Source: Candidatus Uhrbacteria bacterium (GTDB lineage Bacteria > Patescibacteriota > Patescibacteriia > UBA9934 > GWF2-40-263). From it: a DNA stretch of 64,000 nt. The DNA is taken from contig JAAZYG010000039.1 in assembly GCA_014239775.1 (NCBI GenBank), forward strand, positions 6,134 to 70,133, written 5' to 3'. The position numbers were made by a program, and so were the translations under genes. The notes beneath the pieces were generated by a model. It saw nothing but the letters and a program-made list of their open reading frames with translations, made no database searches and was not told the DNA's origin. Every line of letters starts with the position of its first letter. The first letter of the stretch is position 1. Below, piece by piece: positions 31,329 through 40,838 of this stretch.

Positions 31329-31880
31329 ATGGATCAGGAATTTGAAACAAGAATTTTAAACATCAATAAAACAGAAATCATAAGGAAATTGGAAAAACTA
31401 GGAGCAAAAAAAATAAAAAATGTTTTGCAAAAAAGAAAAACATTTGATTATCCAGATCGTAGACTAGAAGATGATCGTGCTTGGATTCGCTTAAGAGATA
31501 ATGGGGATGGTAAAGTAACTTTAGCTTACAAATGCCACCAACTAGATAACACTGGAGGAGTGCCAGATTGTGCAGAAGTTGAATTTGATGTTCCAGATTT
31601 AAATAAGCCAGAACAGTTTTTGTTGTTGCTTGGTTTAAAAAGAAAATCCTATCAAGAAACAAAACGTACTCGTTATCAAATTAATGATCTACAATTCGAT
31701 ATTGATGAGTGGCCAATGATAAACCCATTTGTTGAAATAGAGGGATCTTCAAAAGAACGAGTTGAAGAAGGTGTAAAAATGCTGGGACACACTATGGAAG
31801 ACACGTTTCAAGGTCATGCTGGAGATATTTATGAAAAAGAAGGCATAGATTGGAGGTCAATGAAAAATATTGTTTTTTAA
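31329..31880 (+). CDS. CYTH-domain protein (CyaB-like class IV adenylyl cyclase / triphosphate tunnel metalloenzyme)
   Basis: N-terminal ExExR/K (EFETRIL), IRLRDNGDGKVTLAYK, EVEFDV, RTRYQINDLQFDIDEWP...FVEIEG follow the CYTH pattern. Confidence 0.65.
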   Translation: MDQEFETRILNINKTEIIRKLEKLGAKKIKNVLQKRKTFDYPDRRLEDDRAWIRLRDNGDGKVTLAYKCHQLDNTGGVPDCAEVEFDVPDLNKPEQFLLLLGLKRKSYQETKRTRYQINDLQFDIDEWPMINPFVEIEGSSKERVEEGVKMLGHTMEDTFQGHAGDIYEKEGIDWRSMKNIVF

Positions 31881-31921
31881 TATTACAAAAAAGATTTAAA
31901 TTTATATCCACTATATAATAC

Positions 31922-31948
31922 AAAACTCGCAGACCTCCGCGAGTTTTT
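31922..31948. terminator. bidirectional terminator between convergent genes
   Basis: Stem AAAACTCGC/GCGAGTTTT with 8-nt loop, A-run before and T-run after. Confidence 0.5.
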
Positions 31949-31957
31949 AATTCAGAT

Positions 31958-32863
31958 TTATTGAACCGAATTTGGTGTTTTGTGAAGCTCTGGATCAATT
32001 GTACGTTTAAAACAGGTTCGTCCAGCACCATGTGTCCAGTCACCTGTAAGTTGTCTACCAAATTCATCATAGTCAAACTCCTGTTTACGATCCTTTTGCC
32101 AATCAGGTGTTGGTTGACCAAAGGTTGCACAAAGCTCGAACACAAGGTCGCCTTTTACTGTATATTCATATAATACGTTTGTTTCAGGATCAATAGGTAC
32201 TTCAAATCCAGTTAGAGAGTCTGCCATGTCTGCAAGTTCTTTTGGCAACACATCCTTCTGATTCCAATACCTTACAGCTTGATTTTGAATGCTTTGCAGA
32301 TCACCAACCCGTTCTGTGTCAAGATTTTGTTGCCTTGCATTTCCAGGAGTTCCAACAAAATAAAATCCAGCAATGATTCCAGTAAGCAAAACAAATACGC
32401 TGGCCACAGCCATAAGCCGAAGCTCTTTCTTACCTTCGTTTGGTTTTCGCTTTAATTCCCAGAATTCATAACCAAGTGCCGCCGCCGCAACTAATAGAAT
32501 AGAAAGGACCTTTAGAATAAATCGTGATGTTATTTCTCCACCCAGAAAGTAGTTAATAAGTACTATTAAATCGATTATGATCGTTAAGGATGCAACAAAG
32601 ATTGTTAGGTATGTAAGCCACTTACGAACCCAAAGGTCAACTTTTTCTGGATACTTACTTAGATCCTTCACAATGTATCGAGATAGTATCAAGAACACTG
32701 GCCAAACAACTATCAAAGATGCGATTGAATTTCTCATTGAGTCGTATGGGTTCTGCCATATGTACTGACCAATATCTGGAAATTGAACTCCAATAATGTC
32801 CCACAGCAATGATATGAAGTGAACAACTCCTATATAAAGCACTATAAAAACGAGAAGGTACAC
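31958..32863 (-). CDS. hypothetical membrane protein (301 aa; about 5 TM + C-terminal soluble domain)
   Basis: Hydrophobic N-terminal half; no motif. Confidence 0.45.
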   Translation of the reverse strand: MYLLVFIVLYIGVVHFISLLWDIIGVQFPDIGQYIWQNPYDSMRNSIASLIVVWPVFLILSRYIVKDLSKYPEKVDLWVRKWLTYLTIFVASLTIIIDLIVLINYFLGGEITSRFILKVLSILLVAAAALGYEFWELKRKPNEGKKELRLMAVASVFVLLTGIIAGFYFVGTPGNARQQNLDTERVGDLQSIQNQAVRYWNQKDVLPKELADMADSLTGFEVPIDPETNVLYEYTVKGDLVFELCATFGQPTPDWQKDRKQEFDYDEFGRQLTGDWTHGAGRTCFKRTIDPELHKTPNSVQ

Positions 32864-33081
32864 AAATACATCCTTTGCTACGGAGGGTTTTGAATTTTTG
32901 ACATATGAGATTATTTTAATCTAAAACAAAAAAGAAAGAAAGGTTGATTTTTATATAATATAAATGTTTAGTTAATCTTTCTACTAGTTTTTTATATTAC
33001 AGCACATACAACATAATCATTACCTGCAATGTAGATGTGTTTGTTTTGTGATAAAATATTTACTGTCCTAACATTAATCTT

Positions 33082-33459
33082 GTGCGTAGAAGAAGATATA
33101 ATAAACACACATCACCTTATGTGACTGGAATAGTAATCTGGTTTATTTTATTTAGTATTATATTATCACCCCTTTATTATTACCTGACTTTTCCATTAAC
33201 AATCTTGATTTTGTTGTCCATAAACCTAGCCACTTTTTTGCTTTACGGATTAGACAAATTACTTGCATCAATAAACACTCAACGTATTCCAGAAAAAATT
33301 CTATTTGCAACAGCGCTTTTTGGTGGATCAGCAGGAGCACTTTCAGGAATGTACCTATTTAGACACAAGACTCGTAAAACATCTTTTCAACTCATACTTG
33401 CATTGCTAATATTAGTTCAAATTGTTTTTGTAATAAAAATTTTTGAAATAAACCTATAA
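33082..33459 (+). CDS. DUF1294-family membrane protein (start possibly at 33119)
   Basis: RIPEKILFATALFGGSAGALSGMYLFRHKTRK matches DUF1294 signature. Confidence 0.6.
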   Translation: MRRRRYNKHTSPYVTGIVIWFILFSIILSPLYYYLTFPLTILILLSINLATFLLYGLDKLLASINTQRIPEKILFATALFGGSAGALSGMYLFRHKTRKTSFQLILALLILVQIVFVIKIFEINL

Positions 33460-33484
33460 AAAAATAGACATTTTGTCTATTTTT

Positions 33485-34294
33485 TTACTCCCCTATTTCT
33501 ATGTGGTCACCTATATTTAGATCGTGTCTTTTTCGTGCACTTCCAGTTCTTGCACCCTGCACAACTATCTCTATAAATCTATGACTACCATACCCAGAGC
33601 TACCAACAATTAATGCAGTTTGATTGTCTTTTACATCTTTTAACTGACGAGTACATACTGCTTCAAATTGATTATCAACATTTATATTTATTTTTCGCAC
33701 TTCACCTGGTACAAACTTTATATCTTTTTCAGTTAGTGTCGTTTTTGCATTTCCAAAAGAATCAATCCACCATATTGCAGACCTTACATCTTGCACCTCA
33801 TCTATACTTAAAGATTCAGATGGCACATCCCCTTTGTCCCAAATAATTTTTGCAAGTCGAGGAAGATAATTCAAACTTCTAAATTGAGTACTTGCTGCCT
33901 CTAGCACAGCTGAATCAGAGTACCCACCAAATTTTAAAACAGTTGGTATATCAGTTACATTAATCTTATCTATAAGTCCAAGTTTTTTTAAAAGACCAAA
34001 AGACACTCCATCTATTGTTCCTACAATAAGTTTTTTACCGATCCAGCAATAACCAAATGGTGATCCATTTTCCCATTTCTTTGCATGACCTGATCTGGGT
34101 GCAACGTTTACTGCAATTACACCTGGTGCATCATCTGACACATCGAGGATGTCTAATAAATTTCCAGAAGCCTCTAAATCTGTTTCTGCTCCAATAAAGC
34201 TAACATGCATTTTGGGAAACAAATGAGCATATCTTGTCTCCTGTCTTGTGCGTGCATTATCATCACGGCAGTCAGTTATAATAGTTACAAACAT
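33485..34294 (-). CDS. DUF62 / SAM hydroxide adenosyltransferase-like protein
   Basis: C-terminal GSSGYGSHRFIEIVVQGARTGSARKRHDLNIGDHIEI resembles the DUF62 C-terminal barrel (GSSG...IEI...GD.IEI); N-terminus TDCRDDNA weaker match. Confidence 0.45.
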   Translation of the reverse strand: MFVTIITDCRDDNARTRQETRYAHLFPKMHVSFIGAETDLEASGNLLDILDVSDDAPGVIAVNVAPRSGHAKKWENGSPFGYCWIGKKLIVGTIDGVSFGLLKKLGLIDKINVTDIPTVLKFGGYSDSAVLEAASTQFRSLNYLPRLAKIIWDKGDVPSESLSIDEVQDVRSAIWWIDSFGNAKTTLTEKDIKFVPGEVRKININVDNQFEAVCTRQLKDVKDNQTALIVGSSGYGSHRFIEIVVQGARTGSARKRHDLNIGDHIEIGE

Positions 34295-34368
34295 AGAACG
34301 CTAGACTAGCAGTAATCTTACTTTTAATAAAGTAATCAAAAAACACCCTGATCAACAAGATGTTTTTA

Positions 34369-35406
34369 TTACATTTTAGCAATTGTTTTTTTAACTTTAT
34401 CAATCTGTGTTTTATCAAAATTTGCTGTAGCTAATTTTGCCATTTCATCTATCATTTTTAACCCCTCATCATAATGATTTTTTACAGGTCCATCATGGTT
34501 TACATTTCCACGAATTGTATTATGTAGATCATTAAAATATGGCTGACCTGTTTGTGCCTCAACCATTACACCATGTGTTGGACTTAAAATAACATACCCT
34601 TTTTCAGAAGCTGCTATATACGTTTCCTTTAATTTTCCATAAATTTCATCAAGCTGTGATTGCTCTTGAATATCATATGGCATCATGCCTTCAAACCATG
34701 TATCCAATAAATCATAACCTTCTACATATTGCTCTAAACTAGAGCCTTTTTGACCATCATAAACCGTACCGTAATTTTCTGGAATCCCAGGTATTCCCTC
34801 GAGGTCTTTGAGTGCTTGTTCATTACTGTATAAATAATCAACAAGAACACTTTTCTTTTCACCAGAACTGTCAAAAACAGACAACCTTGGATCAGGCTGA
34901 GACCTATCTTCATGCTTGTTCCACTGAAACTCATTAGACGAATCAGTTATTACATATCTTTTATCAGCAAGATGGAATGCCTTTTCTACAACAAAACTTT
35001 CTTCACCACTTTGTTTATCTTTTACTTTTAGCTTGTATAAAAAACCATGCATGCCTCTAGATAATATTTCTCTATCACCAACTAAATCATAACCTTTTTG
35101 ATCTAATGAATCTTTAACTGACTCAATACTTGCAACTCCATCTGGTATCTTCTCTCCTTCTACTGTAGTTCTTAATTCAACAACCTCAGAAGATTGTTCT
35201 ACATTAAAATCACCGACTTCATTGGTTGGTTTGTTTTCTTTTCTCAATGCACGCTCTTCCGCATTTGGAAAAGGAATGATTTTTCCAACTTCTTCTCCTG
35301 GCATAAAATAATTATTAAATATTATATTAAGGATAAAACTTGAGAATAAAAAAAGCAAGTACACAATATACTTGCTAAGCGTAGCCTTTTGCGAACAACT
35401 GATCAA
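34369..35406 (-). CDS. hypothetical secreted/membrane-anchored protein (345 aa)
   Basis: N-terminal hydrophobic segment; faint kinase-like spacing (GMHGFLYKLKV...VVEKAF...H.T.RGNVNHDG) not reliable. Confidence 0.4.
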   Translation of the reverse strand: MISCSQKATLSKYIVYLLFLFSSFILNIIFNNYFMPGEEVGKIIPFPNAEERALRKENKPTNEVGDFNVEQSSEVVELRTTVEGEKIPDGVASIESVKDSLDQKGYDLVGDREILSRGMHGFLYKLKVKDKQSGEESFVVEKAFHLADKRYVITDSSNEFQWNKHEDRSQPDPRLSVFDSSGEKKSVLVDYLYSNEQALKDLEGIPGIPENYGTVYDGQKGSSLEQYVEGYDLLDTWFEGMMPYDIQEQSQLDEIYGKLKETYIAASEKGYVILSPTHGVMVEAQTGQPYFNDLHNTIRGNVNHDGPVKNHYDEGLKMIDEMAKLATANFDKTQIDKVKKTIAKM

Positions 35407-35710
35407 TGGATGTCAAAATACGACGCTGGTTCTGTGAACCCATAATTCGCGACACCTCTTCACCGTTATGCATGAAAATGGTTGTCGGAATACTTCTTAC
35501 ACCAAAATCATTGGACAGCTTAGGCGAATCATCTACCATTACTTTTCGAATGGTTATTTTAGTCTCCAAATCTGGCATCATGCTTTCCACAACCTTTGAC
35601 AACTGCTTACATGGTCCGCACCATACAGCTGAAAAAATAATCATGGCAAGCCCATCTTTTTCAACAATCTCTTTTTGAAAATTGGTTTCGTCTACAACAT
35701 CAATGGCCAT
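35375..35710 (-). CDS. trxA: thioredoxin
   Basis: 111 aa with WCGPCK active site. Confidence 0.85.
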   Translation of the reverse strand: MAIDVVDETNFQKEIVEKDGLAMIIFSAVWCGPCKQLSKVVESMMPDLETKITIRKVMVDDSPKLSNDFGVRSIPTTIFMHNGEEVSRIMGSQNQRRILTSIDQLFAKGYA

Positions 35711-36044
35711 CTTATACCACCTCCTTTAAATTGTTTGGGTTTGTTCTTTGTGAACAAGAAACGTTATCCTAAAAATAACATCTTGTCAAGATACTATGAT
35801 TTAATTGTAATATATTCTTAAACTTATTAAGTAAAATTTAATATTTAGATATTATAATATAATTTCATACCCATCTTTACTTATCTTATTTTTTAGTACT
35901 TTTCTCTACATTTTTTTTATTTGTATAATTTTTTCCAGCACTCTCATTGTTTTCTCAAGAAAAACCTATATGCAACTATCTATTGATTTGAAAATACACA
36001 TATTATTACAATAGTCTTTACAAAAATATAAATCTGAACTAAGT

Positions 36045-36076
36045 TAGTAGATCTCTATATATACAGAGATCTACTA
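36045..36076. promoter_or_regulatory. 32-bp palindromic candidate operator upstream of 36108 gene
   Basis: TAGTAGATCTCT-atatatac-AGAGATCTACTA; 12-bp perfect arms; 32 nt upstream of ATG, 21 nt upstream of the AAGGAG RBS. Confidence 0.4.
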
Positions 36077-36107
36077 TTTTAGTTGTACTTTATACCAAGG
36101 AGATTAG

Positions 36108-36857
36108 ATGCGTTCATTTATAATGTTTATCTCTGTCTCATATATAATTTTTGTGCAGTTTGGTTGTGCATCAAACACCCCACCTACTGTAACTATGATT
36201 ATACACAATGACACAATAGAAACACCGAATCTAATTTCACCTAAACCAGATTCGCAGACTTCTTTTTTTGATGGATTACAACCTCCAGATACATACACTG
36301 ATCAGAGTGATCCAAACTGCTCGCCATTTACAGTTATTGATTCTCAGGGGACTCACATACAGGTAGATAGTTACCTTAAATTTAGTCTAAATCCTGATTC
36401 ACCTAATGGGGAAATAACCTATGGTAATCAAACAGTTTTTGTTCTAGATTCAAATGCACTATGTGGAGATATTGTTATTAGTTCAATTTATTTTCGCATG
36501 GTTGGAAATTCTGGTCCAGATGATTGTAATGAGTGGTTGAAGTATGTGCCAAATGAAATTACAGTTACTCATTACAATTCACAAGATTGTACATTAATTA
36601 ATAGTGGTTGTAGTGCAAATCAAACAGAACTGTATTGGCAATGCATATTCACTGATGAACAAGTTGTTGTTACAAAAGATCAGATACTTACAATGCATGT
36701 AAATATCAATGTAACAGATCTACTTGTGTCAGACTCACCTTTTAGATTTGATGTGGTTCCTTTTTATTCATGGTATGAGATCAATGATCCAGATGCATAT
36801 CCAAATAAAATGGTTGCGGATGTAATATTTGGTCACACACTTAATATTGATAAATAA
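36108..36857 (+). CDS. Cys-rich secreted protein / possible lipoprotein (249 aa)
   Basis: Signal peptide ending FVQFGCAS, 10 Cys, N-glyco-like NxT/S sites irrelevant; AAGGAG RBS. Confidence 0.5.
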   Translation: MRSFIMFISVSYIIFVQFGCASNTPPTVTMIIHNDTIETPNLISPKPDSQTSFFDGLQPPDTYTDQSDPNCSPFTVIDSQGTHIQVDSYLKFSLNPDSPNGEITYGNQTVFVLDSNALCGDIVISSIYFRMVGNSGPDDCNEWLKYVPNEITVTHYNSQDCTLINSGCSANQTELYWQCIFTDEQVVVTKDQILTMHVNINVTDLLVSDSPFRFDVVPFYSWYEINDPDAYPNKMVADVIFGHTLNIDK

Positions 36858-36943
36858 AAGTTGTGAACATATTGACTAAGACTTTGATGTGATATAATCT
36901 TTCGCATCTTATTTAAAATAGATTTTATAAAAGGAGTTTCTGA

Positions 36944-37150
36944 ATGAACCGTGCGGATGAGCAGAGGTCTTGCTGTAAATCCACAAAACAGCAGTTCCCT
37001 AATCAACCAAAAGATGGGGTACGTCATGTGGATCTTATCTCTTACAAAGAAACCAACGATAGACATGCTGTGCTTTTTGATACGTGCAGCACAAATACTC
37101 GTGGAGGATTCTCGGAATTCGACACACATAGAAATAATGACTTAATTTAA
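36944..37150 (+). CDS. small Cys-containing hypothetical protein (68 aa)
   Basis: AAGGAG RBS 8 nt upstream of ATG; terminator immediately downstream; competing antisense ORF 36833..37129 lacks signals. Confidence 0.35.
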   Translation: MNRADEQRSCCKSTKQQFPNQPKDGVRHVDLISYKETNDRHAVLFDTCSTNTRGGFSEFDTHRNNDLI

Positions 37151-37167
37151 AAATAGTCAAAATACTT

Positions 37168-37195
37168 AACACTCATTACTTTGAGTGTTTTTTTG
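37168..37195 (+). terminator. Rho-independent terminator
   Basis: Stem AACACTCA/TGAGTGTT + T6. Confidence 0.6.
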
Positions 37196-37562
37196 TTAAA
37201 AAAATTATATATAGCGATACTATAATTATTACTATTTCAAAATGAATTAACACTTTAGACATCTCAACTGGTGAGGTTGGAAATATTTTTAGCAAATCCA
37301 AAACCATAAGCAGAAAGTACAACCAGGCAGAAATATGCGCCATTTGTATTCCTTTTTCTTTATCCTTATCAATAATCATTAAAGCATATATACCAATAAG
37401 TATTACTAATACTATTAATAAATTAAAACCCCAATATGAAAATACACTCATGTGATCAAAAGTTCTATTTTCAATAATCCACCATGGATTAAGGGATATT
37501 AATAAAATAAAGTTTATAATCGAAAATGTTTTTATTATTTTTATTCTTTTAATTATGTTCAT
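37176..37562 (-). CDS. hypothetical small membrane protein (128 aa, 4 TM)
   Basis: Hydrophobic ORF. Confidence 0.4.
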   Translation of the reverse strand: MNIIKRIKIIKTFSIINFILLISLNPWWIIENRTFDHMSVFSYWGFNLLIVLVILIGIYALMIIDKDKEKGIQMAHISAWLYFLLMVLDLLKIFPTSPVEMSKVLIHFEIVIIIVSLYIIFLTKKHSK

Positions 37563-37614
37563 ACGTTATAAATTATACCAAATAAAAAACAGTTGAAACT
37601 AATCAACTGTTAAG

Positions 37615-38913
37615 TTATCTGTTTTTCCAGATAATTTGATCTCGTTCTGGACCAATTCCGATTGCATCCACTGGAATACCTGTGTGTAATTCGATTTCAT
37701 TCAGGTAGGCCCTGGACTCGATAGGTAAATCTTCAAATAATTTTGTTTTTGTGATGTCATCACTCCAACCTGGAACTTTTAAATACTGTGGCACAGCTGA
37801 TGCAACAGACATTCCAGTCAGTGTCTTTTCTGCACTGATATTCGCATAACCATCACACATCTGAAGATTTTTAAATCCAGAAAGCACATCAAGCTTGGTC
37901 ACAATCAGATCAGTGATTCCACCCATCCTGCATGCATATGACAATGCATGCATATCAATCCAACCACACCGACGAGGTCGGCCAGTGGTTGTTCCGAATT
38001 CCTTTCCTTGCGTACGCAACCTTTCTCCAACTCCATTGTTCAATTCGGTAGGAAAAGGACCAGAACCTACACGTGTAGAGTATGCTTTTGCAACACCGAT
38101 TACACGATCAAACTTGAATACACCAAATGTAGATGAAACACCCGCTGCGGTGCAACAAGATGAAGTTGTGTAAGGACGAAAACCATGCATTGTATCTAGT
38201 AGTATGCCTTGTGCTCCTTCAAATAGTACATTACTACCTAATTGAATAGCATTGTGCACATAACCCCTAGTGTCTCCAAGATTAGGGACAATAGAATCTG
38301 CATACTTCATACACCAATCAACAGTCTGATCAAGTGACATTGGATCAATCTCAATATTTAAATCAGAAAGATCCACCTTACAATTATCAACTCCTAGATG
38401 TTTTGCAATTGCACAAAGCTCATCAAAATATCCAGATTGTGTTAAAGCTTCTTGTACCAAGCGTTTGTTTGTCAGATCATTAAGCCTTACACCCCGACGC
38501 AGCCAAAAATCACCGTATGCAGGCCCAATACCACGCTTTGTAGTTCCAATTGCAATTTTGCCGGCTGCAACTTCACGACCTGCGTCAAGTGCCCTATGCA
38601 TTGGAATTACAACTGGAGTTGAATGATCCAACAAAACAGTTGATCCATATTTTTTTGCTAGTTCAAGCTCACTTGAACCAACAGCTAAATCGAATACAAC
38701 ACCAGGACCCACAATATTAACAACACCTTCGCGAATGATTCCACTTGGACAAATGTGTATTGCTTCTTTTTTGCCATCAACTACAATTGTATGACCAGCA
38801 TTTCCACCTCCATTAAAGCGAACCACAATATCTGAATTCTCAGATATTGTATCCACGATCTTTCCTTTGCCATCATCACCCCATTGGGCACCGAGAACTA
38901 TTTGCACACTCAT
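37615..38913 (-). CDS. purA: adenylosuccinate synthetase PurA
   Basis: QWGDDGKGKIVD P-loop, GTTKRGIGPAY, TTGRPRRCGW motifs; AAGGAGG RBS. Confidence 0.9.
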   Translation of the reverse strand: MSVQIVLGAQWGDDGKGKIVDTISENSDIVVRFNGGGNAGHTIVVDGKKEAIHICPSGIIREGVVNIVGPGVVFDLAVGSSELELAKKYGSTVLLDHSTPVVIPMHRALDAGREVAAGKIAIGTTKRGIGPAYGDFWLRRGVRLNDLTNKRLVQEALTQSGYFDELCAIAKHLGVDNCKVDLSDLNIEIDPMSLDQTVDWCMKYADSIVPNLGDTRGYVHNAIQLGSNVLFEGAQGILLDTMHGFRPYTTSSCCTAAGVSSTFGVFKFDRVIGVAKAYSTRVGSGPFPTELNNGVGERLRTQGKEFGTTTGRPRRCGWIDMHALSYACRMGGITDLIVTKLDVLSGFKNLQMCDGYANISAEKTLTGMSVASAVPQYLKVPGWSDDITKTKLFEDLPIESRAYLNEIELHTGIPVDAIGIGPERDQIIWKNR

Positions 38914-39000
38914 GGAAACCTCCTTGTGAATGCGTATAAATTATTAAAGGTCCAGCACAAATTTACTCCTCCTAAAGCTTTTGTCAATATGCTTATCCTC

Positions 39001-39032
39001 AATAAAATAAAAAAGGCCTTAGATGGCCTTTT
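39001..39032 (-). terminator. Rho-independent terminator
   Basis: AAAAGGCC-ttagat-GGCCTTTT followed on minus strand by T-rich tract. Confidence 0.55.
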
Positions 39033-39052
39033 AAGTTAATTATAGATGTAGT

Positions 39053-39496
39053 TTAGAGGCGAGAAATACCAAGTGCAAAACGTACTCGTCCTAAAATACA
39101 CTCAATATAGAATTGTTGATTCCTTTCAAAACCCCTTGCAATACCATCTGAAATTGTAATTAAAAACACTTCAGTACATCCTAAAATTTGTATTCCCAAT
39201 TGCTCTTTTATAGGATAACGTCCTTTCTTTGACAGACACCAATAAAGAATTTTGACATCACCCTTATTAAGTCCTGTGATCAATAATCCATCTGGCTCCA
39301 GTGTGCTATATATAAAGTCTGAAACTTTTTGTTTTTGAAAACCACGATGGCTTATTATTTCCCATGCTTCACAAATGTGCTCTTTTGCGTAGAGATCACC
39401 TGCTATAAGCTTACTTTTTAGAATAAGTAAAGCGATAAGCGAAAACACAGTAAGCGGAAGTCCAATTAAAATTATATCTTCTGGCGTCAAATTCAA
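39053..39496 (-). CDS. hypothetical protein with N-terminal TM (147 aa)
   Basis: ORF; no motif. Confidence 0.4.
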   Translation of the reverse strand: MNLTPEDIILIGLPLTVFSLIALLILKSKLIAGDLYAKEHICEAWEIISHRGFQKQKVSDFIYSTLEPDGLLITGLNKGDVKILYWCLSKKGRYPIKEQLGIQILGCTEVFLITISDGIARGFERNQQFYIECILGRVRFALGISRL

Positions 39497-39553
39497 TTCT
39501 CCTTACCAGGGAACAAATAAAAATACTACTTTAAGACCCTTCTGTCAATAGTT

Positions 39554-40837
39554 TTAATCCAACCATTTATCTGATTGCCTTACTAGCAACTCACCAGCCC
39601 TCAAAGGCTGTGCCATTAAATCCTTTGTGACTTTTTCCATTCTGGAACTTTGAGATCCTTTAACTAAAAGTATATCTCCTTTTTTAACCTTAGAATCCAA
39701 CCATCTTCCAGCGTCTACTGAATTATTAAAATGTTCTGTTTTTGATTCATCAAAACCCGCATCTAATGCACCTCTTTGCATGTCTCTTGTTTTTTCACCA
39801 ACTGTAACAAGTATGTCAGCACCAACTTCTGCAATTTTCATTCCAATCATTCTGTGCTCATCTTCAGTATATCTGCCCAATTCTGCCATTTCACCAAATA
39901 CAACAATCCTTCTTTGTTCGTCCTGTAAACTAAATGAACTTAGTACTTCTAATGCTTCTGCCATTGATGCAGGTGCGGCATTGTAGGATGAATCAATAAT
40001 TAAACTACCTTTTATGCCAGCAATGGCATTCATGCGTCCTGGCTCTTGTTCTATACAACTTACACCAGAAACAATCTCTTCATCACTCAACCCAAGATGC
40101 TTTGCAATTGCAACTGCAGCTACAACCGATCTTGCAACAGCCTTACCAAGCATATTCACAAGTTCAAATTGCAACACGTCCCCATCTTGAGTTCTTGTTG
40201 TCATGTTTATGTTTGAAAAATTCTCACCGGGTTCAAAAGAAAAATCTTCTCTTGTGGAGATACTAAAATCTGAAGCTATCACGTCTGAAGATTCAGAAAA
40301 ACCATATTTTAAAACCTTTGCTTTTGCATGCTCAATTAATCCACGTACCCTTGTATCATCTCCATTTATTACAACCAACCCGTCCTCATATACACATTCG
40401 AGAAGTTGAGCTTTTTCTTCAGCTAACTGTTCTACTGTTTGAAAATTTTCAACATGAACAGGAGATATACCTGTAAGCACCCCTATGTTCGGCCGTACAA
40501 TGTCACACAAATACTTCATATCACCTGGATGATCAATTCCATACTCTAATACATAAACCTGTGGAATGTTTTTTGGTGTAGATAATAATATTTTAAGCCA
40601 ACCAAGTATGGATTTTCCAGGTGAGCGCTGTCCAAGAATTGTTAATGGAACACCGAACTCGTTATTGTAGTTATCAATATTTTTAGCAACTGAGTATTTT
40701 TTTGACAATAATGCAGCAATTGCATTTCTAGTTGATGTTTTACCAATCGAACCTGTTACACCAATTATTATTGGTTTATGCTCCTCAATTAATTGATGAG
40801 CTTTTTTTGCTAATTGTTTTTGTATAAATGCTTTCAT
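39554..40837 (-). CDS. murF: UDP-MurNAc-tripeptide--D-Ala-D-Ala ligase MurF (Mur ligase family)
   Basis: P-loop GVTGSIGKTST and NYNNEFGVPLTIL (MurF-type N[LY]NNxIGVPLT motif); downstream of ftsI. Confidence 0.7.
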   Translation of the reverse strand: MKAFIQKQLAKKAHQLIEEHKPIIIGVTGSIGKTSTRNAIAALLSKKYSVAKNIDNYNNEFGVPLTILGQRSPGKSILGWLKILLSTPKNIPQVYVLEYGIDHPGDMKYLCDIVRPNIGVLTGISPVHVENFQTVEQLAEEKAQLLECVYEDGLVVINGDDTRVRGLIEHAKAKVLKYGFSESSDVIASDFSISTREDFSFEPGENFSNINMTTRTQDGDVLQFELVNMLGKAVARSVVAAVAIAKHLGLSDEEIVSGVSCIEQEPGRMNAIAGIKGSLIIDSSYNAAPASMAEALEVLSSFSLQDEQRRIVVFGEMAELGRYTEDEHRMIGMKIAEVGADILVTVGEKTRDMQRGALDAGFDESKTEHFNNSVDAGRWLDSKVKKGDILLVKGSQSSRMEKVTKDLMAQPLRAGELLVRQSDKWLD

Positions 40838-40838
40838 A

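Noticed and set aside
36833-37129. Minus-strand 98-aa ORF overlapping the 36944..37150 + ORF
   Set aside because: No RBS or promoter; the + strand ORF has an AAGGAG RBS and a terminator, so the minus ORF is more likely spurious.
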